Shown here: in pieces, positions 58,275-64,000 of the stretch
How positions within the stretch are numbered: position 1 is the first letter of the stretch
How the letters are laid out: each line of letters begins with the position of its first letter
Assembly (NCBI GenBank): GCA_964445435.1
Contig: CAYUKU010000003.1
Coordinates: 841-64,840 of the forward strand
Length of the DNA stretch: 64,000 nucleotides
Source: an uncultured Gammaproteobacteria bacterium
GTDB lineage: Bacteria > Patescibacteriota > Microgenomatia > UBA10105 > UBA927
Reading direction: 5' to 3'
The notes under the pieces: model-generated
What the model was told of the DNA's origin: nothing
Database searches by the model: none
What the model saw: only the letters and a program-made list of their open reading frames with translations
Made by a program: the position numbers and the translations under genes

Positions 58275-59456
58275 TTACGAGCGCAACTTCCCCAAAAGTC
58301 TAATTGCCTCTTTGCGATCGTTCCAGGGGTATTCCGTCGTTCCGCGGCACAGACTCTGTTCATGGCCTTTTCCGGTGATGATAACCAAATCGCCCGGTTT
58401 GGCAACCGAAAATGCGTATTTAATGGCATCCTTTCTGTTTGGGTATCTGTGCATTTCAACGTCGGAATCGATACCTCGCGCTATGTCATCCATTATCTTC
58501 TCCACGCTCTCGGTACGATAATCTTCTTCGGTCAGGACGATGATATCGTCATAGGCGCTTGCCGCCTTTCCCATGAGAGGACGCTTGCTGTGATCTCTCA
58601 GCCCCGCGCTTCCGAAAACGTGAATCAGGCGCTTCTTAGTCATCTTGCGAGCCGTGCGAAGCGCCCGATCAAGTGCGTTGGGCGTGTGGGCGAAATCAAC
58701 AATGACGGTAAACGGAGACGTCGTAACCACGTCCATCCGCCCGGTCACTCCCGAAAAATCCAAAAGCGCCTCTCTGATGGTTTTTGGGGGTATCTCAAGC
58801 GCGCTGGCAACTGCGATGGCAGCAAGACAATTGTATCGGTTAAACTCTCCGGGAAGTTTAGTTTTGAAGGGGAATGTTTTGGGAGTCACCTTCGCCTCAC
58901 GGCGAATGCCATATGTTATGATCCTTTTCCCCCGATGAAGAACCCTCATCGCTTCACTGTACAGCTGTGCCTCATCGCGATTGAGAACGACGATGTCGCT
59001 TCGTGTAAGGAGGGATAATTTCGTTTTCAGGTACCTGGCAAACGTCTTATGCCAGTCGAGATGCTCGTGTGTTACGTTCGTGATAACGCCCACGGCAAAA
59101 GGGATTCCGAAAACCCGATGCTGCGCAAGACCATGTGACGTCACCTCAAGCACCATGTGCGTATCACCGCGGTCTACCGCATCTCGAAGATATTTCTGCA
59201 CCCAGTATGCATTGGGCGTTGTCACATGGAACCCTGTGTCATACGATTTCCCACCGATGACCGCATGAACGGAAGAAATCATCGACACCTTTCGGCCGGA
59301 GGCCTTAAGAATTTCGTAAATAAGCGTCGTGGTCGTGGTTTTCCCATCGGTTCCCGTGACTCCTATTACCGTCAACTTCCGTCCCGGGAAACCAAAACGC
59401 ACGACGGCAAAGCAGGCGATGAGAAGATGGTACAGGCTTTTCAACAAGCCGATCAT
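58275..59456 (-). CDS. murE: UDP-MurNAc-tripeptide synthetase MurE
   Basis: GVTGTDGKTTT, HVTTP, EVTSH, GRM, VDFAHTP, GKGHE. Confidence 0.9.
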   Translation of the reverse strand: MIGLLKSLYHLLIACFAVVRFGFPGRKLTVIGVTGTDGKTTTTTLIYEILKASGRKVSMISSVHAVIGGKSYDTGFHVTTPNAYWVQKYLRDAVDRGDTHMVLEVTSHGLAQHRVFGIPFAVGVITNVTHEHLDWHKTFARYLKTKLSLLTRSDIVVLNRDEAQLYSEAMRVLHRGKRIITYGIRREAKVTPKTFPFKTKLPGEFNRYNCLAAIAVASALEIPPKTIREALLDFSGVTGRMDVVTTSPFTVIVDFAHTPNALDRALRTARKMTKKRLIHVFGSAGLRDHSKRPLMGKAASAYDDIIVLTEEDYRTESVEKIMDDIARGIDSDVEMHRYPNRKDAIKYAFSVAKPGDLVIITGKGHEQSLCRGTTEYPWNDRKEAIRLLGKLRS

Positions 59457-59473
59457 GAAGAATATTATACCAT

Positions 59474-61150
59474 TTAGGACTTAGGTGCGATCCCTTTGTA
59501 GATAAGCACATCCCGAGCGATTGAGAAAAAAAGCGGTGCTGCGGTCTCCGAACCCCAGGGAGAACTGGTAGGCTCTCTCAATGTTATCAGCATTACAAAA
59601 CTCGGGTCATCCGCAGGCGCAAATCCCACAAACGAAGCTATCGTTTTCTTCTCGTCATAGTGTCCGGCCACTGGTATCTGCGCAGTTCCCGTCTTACCGG
59701 CGATACGATATCCCTTGGGTTTCGCCCACTTGGCCTCACCGTTATCAACCGCATTGACCATCATTTCCGTCATAACACTTGCCGCCTGAGCTCCGAGGAC
59801 GCGTTTCACTTTCTTGGGTTTGATTTCCACGATCTTCCCCCGCGTATCCTGAATTTTCGAAACCACGTGCGGCTCCATGAGCCAGCCACCGTTGGCAATA
59901 GCTGAAACCGCGCGAACCATCTGAAGCGGAGTCACCGCAATTCCCTGCCCGAAGGATGCAGTTGCAAGATCGATTTCCCGCCATTCGTCCTCGTGGCGAA
60001 GCTCAGCGGCTGCTTCATCCTCCAAATCGACGTTTGTGATACTGCCGAACCCAAAATCACGAATGTACCGAAGAAACAGATCCTTTCCCAACCGTCGCGC
60101 CACAAAGACCATGCCGACATTCGATGAGTGTTGGATGACCTCCGTCATCGTTTGTTTCCCGTGATACTCGTTATTCCATGTGCGAATAGAGTATTCTCCA
60201 ACGCGAACGGGACCGTCTTCGTCAACGACAGTTTCGGCCGTCAGTTTCCGCTCATTGAGAGCTGCCGCCATCACGAGTACCTTAAATGTGCTGCCAGGCT
60301 CATAGGTCGAGCCAACAATGGGATTTTTATAGAGATTTTTGTCAAATTGCGCGTAGAGTCCCGGATCGTAGGTGGGAAATGAAGCCATCGCCAGAATCTC
60401 TCCCGTTTTCGGATTCATCATAACCGCGGAGCCTTCCTTGGCGCCGTATTTTCTTACTCCCTCAAGGAGTCGCTTCTCCACGATGTGCTGTATTGTCCGA
60501 TCAACTGAGAGAATAAGCGAACGACCGTCTTCCGCCTCGATACGCTTAGATTCACCAACTAAAATCGGAGCCCCCCTGACGTCCTTTTCGATCTCTATCC
60601 GACCATCTTTCCCCCGCAATTCCCGGTCGTAAAATCCTTCAAGCCCGAAATACCCCTTGTCAGCACCATTCTGGTCGCTTCCGACAAACCCGATCAGATG
60701 CGCCGCAAGCGACGCTTCCGGATAATAACGTTTGGATTCACGCTCAAATTCCACTCCCGCGAGGCCAAGCGCATCGATCCGAGAAGTGAGCTCTTTGTCT
60801 GCTTTTCTTTTAAGCGGCACCCAATATCGACCTTCCTGAGAAATTTGACTCAATATGTCTTCTGGCGTCGTAGCAAGGGGTTCAGAAATAAGGCGGGCAA
60901 ACTGTTCAAGATTCTCGATCTCCTTGGGGCGCGCGACCACTAAATACGCCGGAACACTTAACACAAGGGGATTTCCGTCGGCTGAGACGATGCTTCCGCG
61001 AACAGCGGGAAGGGAAAACGTAAGATTGTATTGGGCGGCAGCTTCTGCCCGCAACACATCACCCCGTATGATTTGCCAATAAAACAAGCGAACGAGTGCA
61101 AAAAGGAATGCTCCTACGGTAACGAAAAATGCAATTTTTACCCGCCACAT
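59474..61150 (-). CDS. ftsI: Class B penicillin-binding protein FtsI/PBP3
   Basis: N-terminal TM, RYYP, GLE, EPGSTFK (SxxK), SSN, KTGTAQ. Confidence 0.92.
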   Translation of the reverse strand: MWRVKIAFFVTVGAFLFALVRLFYWQIIRGDVLRAEAAAQYNLTFSLPAVRGSIVSADGNPLVLSVPAYLVVARPKEIENLEQFARLISEPLATTPEDILSQISQEGRYWVPLKRKADKELTSRIDALGLAGVEFERESKRYYPEASLAAHLIGFVGSDQNGADKGYFGLEGFYDRELRGKDGRIEIEKDVRGAPILVGESKRIEAEDGRSLILSVDRTIQHIVEKRLLEGVRKYGAKEGSAVMMNPKTGEILAMASFPTYDPGLYAQFDKNLYKNPIVGSTYEPGSTFKVLVMAAALNERKLTAETVVDEDGPVRVGEYSIRTWNNEYHGKQTMTEVIQHSSNVGMVFVARRLGKDLFLRYIRDFGFGSITNVDLEDEAAAELRHEDEWREIDLATASFGQGIAVTPLQMVRAVSAIANGGWLMEPHVVSKIQDTRGKIVEIKPKKVKRVLGAQAASVMTEMMVNAVDNGEAKWAKPKGYRIAGKTGTAQIPVAGHYDEKKTIASFVGFAPADDPSFVMLITLREPTSSPWGSETAAPLFFSIARDVLIYKGIAPKS

Positions 61151-61152
61151 AA

Positions 61153-61443
61153 TTACCGGTTGCTATGAAGGGCAACGGGGAGCTCTGATGAACCCACTGC
61201 AACAAACTGAGATTTGGAAGGTTCGACAAAACCAAGCTCCTGTGCGCGGACACTAATGGTCGCAAGTGAAGAAGCTGAAGCTACTTTCTGTGCCAGAAGA
61301 TCGTTTTCCTGCCTCAGGCGGTCTATGGCCATATCCAACTGCCGAACGCGGTGACCGGACGGGGCAAGTCGGTTCGTAAGCACGATTTCCACCACAACCA
61401 GCGCGATGGCGAAAACTGGCATGATGCCGAGTATGCGTTTCAT
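61153..61443 (-). CDS. ftsL: FtsL-like cell division protein
   Basis: TM plus coiled coil plus A.ELGF; between rsmH and ftsI. Confidence 0.7.
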   Translation of the reverse strand: MKRILGIMPVFAIALVVVEIVLTNRLAPSGHRVRQLDMAIDRLRQENDLLAQKVASASSLATISVRAQELGFVEPSKSQFVAVGSSELPVALHSNR

Positions 61444-61448
61444 ACGTT

Positions 61449-62324
61449 TTAGATTTTCTGCGCTATACGTAATTTCGCGCTTCGGGCGCGGACATTGCGT
61501 ACAATCTCTTCTTCACTGGCAATAATCGGCTTTCGCGAGATTTCTTTCCACGTCTCACGCTTCAGCGCTTGTTTTACAATGCGATCTTCCCGCGAATGGA
61601 AACTGATAACCGCCAATCTCCCACCGGTCGCTAATATCTCGTAAGCGCCTGACAAACCCTCTTTCAGAGCCTCCAATTCTTCATTGATCGCCATTCTGAG
61701 CGCCTGAAAAACCCGCGACAGCACTTGGAATTCAATTTTTTTAGGCAATTCGAGCGTGTCGATAACACGTACGAGATCGCCTGTTGTTTGAATCGGCGCT
61801 ATCTGACGGGCGCGGACAATAAGAGCACTAATTGTCCGAGCACGCTCTTCTTCACCAAGCGTTGCAAGAATTTCATACAGCTCTCCCTCGCTTATCCGGT
61901 TTACTAATTGGGCTGCTGTCTCTCCCTGACCCTGATTAAGCCTTAAGTCCAGGGGTGCCTCGGCAAACCGATAGCTAAATCCACGCTTTGGCGTATCCAG
62001 TTGGTAACTGGATACCCCAAGGTCAAACAAAATCCCGTCTACATCCAAAAATCCGTTCTCTCGTGCGATTCGCTCTACATCCCTGAAATTCCCCTGCGCG
62101 AGCTTCCAACTCTTTTGGAAAACCGTGTTCGAGAGGCGTGCCCGGGCAAAGTCTATAGCCTCCCGATCCGTGTCTATTCCCAAGAGTATTCCACCGCGTT
62201 CTACGATCTCTTGTGCGTGTCCCCCTCCACCCAGCGTTGCATCAATGTAGTGTTTCCCCGCTGTTACCGCTAATCCGGCAACAACTTCTTCTTTGAGGAC
62301 CGGTTCGTGGTATGTGGCTATCAT
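61449..62324 (-). CDS. rsmH: 16S rRNA m4C1402 methyltransferase RsmH
   Basis: HEPVL, DATLGGGGH, DLGVSS.QLD, FQALR, ISFHS.EDR, RARSAKLR. Confidence 0.96.
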   Translation of the reverse strand: MIATYHEPVLKEEVVAGLAVTAGKHYIDATLGGGGHAQEIVERGGILLGIDTDREAIDFARARLSNTVFQKSWKLAQGNFRDVERIARENGFLDVDGILFDLGVSSYQLDTPKRGFSYRFAEAPLDLRLNQGQGETAAQLVNRISEGELYEILATLGEEERARTISALIVRARQIAPIQTTGDLVRVIDTLELPKKIEFQVLSRVFQALRMAINEELEALKEGLSGAYEILATGGRLAVISFHSREDRIVKQALKRETWKEISRKPIIASEEEIVRNVRARSAKLRIAQKI

Positions 62325-62722
62325 GGCGAGGCGAGGCGACGTTTATATTCCATCCACTTCGTTTTATCCCAAATCTCGAAATGATCTCCCGCGCCTACAA
62401 CCACGACATTTGCCGTAATACCCGCATATTCCTTGAGCAGGGCAGGCAAAAGAATACGACCAAGTTTATCCGCTTCAACCTTCTCGGCTCCTGCAAACAT
62501 GTACCTTCTTACTTGTCGTGCCTTTTCGTCGGTTACCGGTGCCTCAAGCTGTTTGGATGCTTCCCTCTCCCAGCTTTCTTTGTCAAATCCGAAAATACAT
62601 GCGTCAAAGCCTCTGGATACGATCACCTCATCTGTTGCTAACTCTTGCCGAATCTTTCTTGGGATCGTCAGACGGCCCCGATCATCAAGTGCATGGTCAT
62701 ATTCCCCAAGGAATAACTTCAT
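62321..62722 (-). CDS. mraZ: Transcriptional regulator MraZ
   Basis: FLGEY...LDDRGRL, DKLGRI, G..DHFEIW. Confidence 0.96.
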   Translation of the reverse strand: MKLFLGEYDHALDDRGRLTIPRKIRQELATDEVIVSRGFDACIFGFDKESWEREASKQLEAPVTDEKARQVRRYMFAGAEKVEADKLGRILLPALLKEYAGITANVVVVGAGDHFEIWDKTKWMEYKRRLASP

Positions 62723-62732
62723 GAACCGATCC

Positions 62733-62785
62733 TACCACTTCTTCCCACTAATATCCATAGTTACCCATTTTTCACGGTGTGTCAA
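62733..62785 (-). promoter_or_regulatory. mraZ promoter with four MraZ-box-like repeats
   Basis: ATGGG, ATGGA, GTGGG, GTGGT at exact 10-bp spacing (CCA at 62735/45/55/65 on +), TTGACA at 62780-62785. Confidence 0.75.
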
Positions 62786-62867
62786 GAGGTATTTCACGAG
62801 AATTTCCCACGAAGCATGGTAAAAACGAGAGCACGATACCCAATGAGATGATGGAGGAGAGCTGAGG

Positions 62868-63335
62868 TTAGAGTTCGAATTCGCCTGTAAATTGGCTCTT
62901 CTTCCCGTCTGTATCTGTGAAGATAATCACGGCTGAAATCTTTGTGACGCCGGGATGCGGCTTACACACGTTTCGCGAACACGTCCCGAGGTAGATATCG
63001 TCACGCACAAATTCGTCTTTCCCGCTGATATCCAATGGTGCACTAGTGACCCCCTGAACGATCCCCTGTGTTTCATAACTCAATTCGTAGGAAAGTTTCG
63101 TATATTTGGAATCCAGGGCCGAAACGGAAAGGACTACGGTATTGTCTTTCACTTTGCTCTTGGTGATATCCACCATAATAGAAGCATCGGCAGGCGGAAG
63201 ACTTATGACCTCTTCCTCCTGGTCAACCGGTTGAACTTGCGGTTTGGAACCAAAAGCTGCCTTATAGGCGACAATCCCAGTAATCAAAAGAAGAACTCCC
63301 AATATGGCGGCAAGAACGGGTGTTTTTACTTTCAT
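62868..63335 (-). CDS. Conserved-looking membrane-anchored hypothetical protein
   Basis: TM helix, YELSY, LGTCS.NVC; AGGAGG SD. Confidence 0.65.
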   Translation of the reverse strand: MKVKTPVLAAILGVLLLITGIVAYKAAFGSKPQVQPVDQEEEVISLPPADASIMVDITKSKVKDNTVVLSVSALDSKYTKLSYELSYETQGIVQGVTSAPLDISGKDEFVRDDIYLGTCSRNVCKPHPGVTKISAVIIFTDTDGKKSQFTGEFEL

Positions 63336-63350
63336 AGTCCTCCTATTGTA

Positions 63351-64000
63351 CTATGTTGAGCTCAATTTTTCCTGAAAATATTGTATCAAATTTGCTTTGG
63401 CAATTCGGTCCTGCTTCGTGGTGTCCCGATCACGCACGGTAACTGTGCCATCTTCCAGCGTCGTGTAGTCCACGGTTATACACCAGGGCGTCCCAACCTC
63501 GTCTTGAGAAAGATATCGCTTTCCTATATTCCCCCGGTCATCCCATGATACGGTCATATGCTTGCGAAGCGCTTCATGGATTTTGCGCGCTTCATTCACC
63601 AGGTCGGGTTTATTTGCAACCAGCGGAAAAACGGCTACTTTCTTAGGGGCCAGTCTAGGATCCAGTTTAAGGACAATCCGCTTTTCCTCTCTCACAAACG
63701 CATCCGTCAGCACCATAAGAAAGAGACGGTTTATCCCGACTGCCGGCTCAATAACGTGCGGGATAAATTTCCGACCGGTTTGAGGATCCTGATAGGACAA
63801 ATCGACGCCGGAGTGCTTGGACTGAACGGATAAATCATAATCGGTCCGGTAGGCTATGCCCCACAACTCTTTCCATCCGAACGGAAACTGGTATTCCAAA
63901 TCATACGTATCACGGCTGTAATGACTGCGTTCACGATCGGTATGCTGACGCCACCTGAGGTTTTCTTCCCGGATAGAAAGCTTCCGTACAACAAATTCCC
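63351..64000 (-). CDS. glyS: Glycine--tRNA ligase, alpha2 type (5' part outside the window)
   Basis: SHYS..TYDLEYQFPFGWKELWGIAYRTDYDL, PHVIEP, GNIGKRY..QDEVGTP; frame open to the window edge. Confidence 0.93.
   Translation of the reverse strand, partial: EFVVRKLSIREENLRWRQHTDRERSHYSRDTYDLEYQFPFGWKELWGIAYRTDYDLSVQSKHSGVDLSYQDPQTGRKFIPHVIEPAVGINRLFLMVLTDAFVREEKRIVLKLDPRLAPKKVAVFPLVANKPDLVNEARKIHEALRKHMTVSWDDRGNIGKRYLSQDEVGTPWCITVDYTTLEDGTVTVRDRDTTKQDRIAKANLIQYFQEKLSST

Overview
Chromosomal window from a bacterium whose gene content (archaeal-type PEP carboxylase and GlmU, type-2 IleRS, alpha2 GlyRS, N-domain-less ClpB) suggests a Patescibacteria/CPR genome, probably Microgenomates (inference). 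Left to right: clpB with a perfect CIRCE, a GNAT-htpX-lemA-polX block, a 1125-aa orphan SF2 helicase, three tRNA genes (Gly, Asp, Thr) around a LysM gene and ppcA, a surface-glycan cluster with an AT-rich cassette, a secreted alpha/beta-hydrolase/DKNYY pair, tRNA-Val, lepB, parB, rpmA-methyltransferase-rplU, rodA, ileS with a T-box, a 3.4-kb decayed prophage, a dcw cluster (ftsZ to mraZ, including MurD2/MurL) and the 3' part of glyS. Best leads: (1) a ~90-100-nt two-hairpin element with compensatory base changes directly 5' of three different tRNA genes; I do not recognise it, so it is a candidate new tRNA-leader RNA. (2) A prophage remnant inserted in the 3' end of ftsZ, flanked by two synonymously different copies of the FtsZ tail AFLRQRS*; the displaced copy carries the ileS -35 box and is fused in frame to a phage ORF. 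(3) A pseudoknotted RNA candidate in front of murA. (4) A short-stem-I Ile T-box with a transcription terminator. (5) An in-frame TAG early in ftsW. (6) Widespread -10 boxes 6-8 nt before start codons, implying leaderless mRNAs. All calls are by eye; no searches were run.
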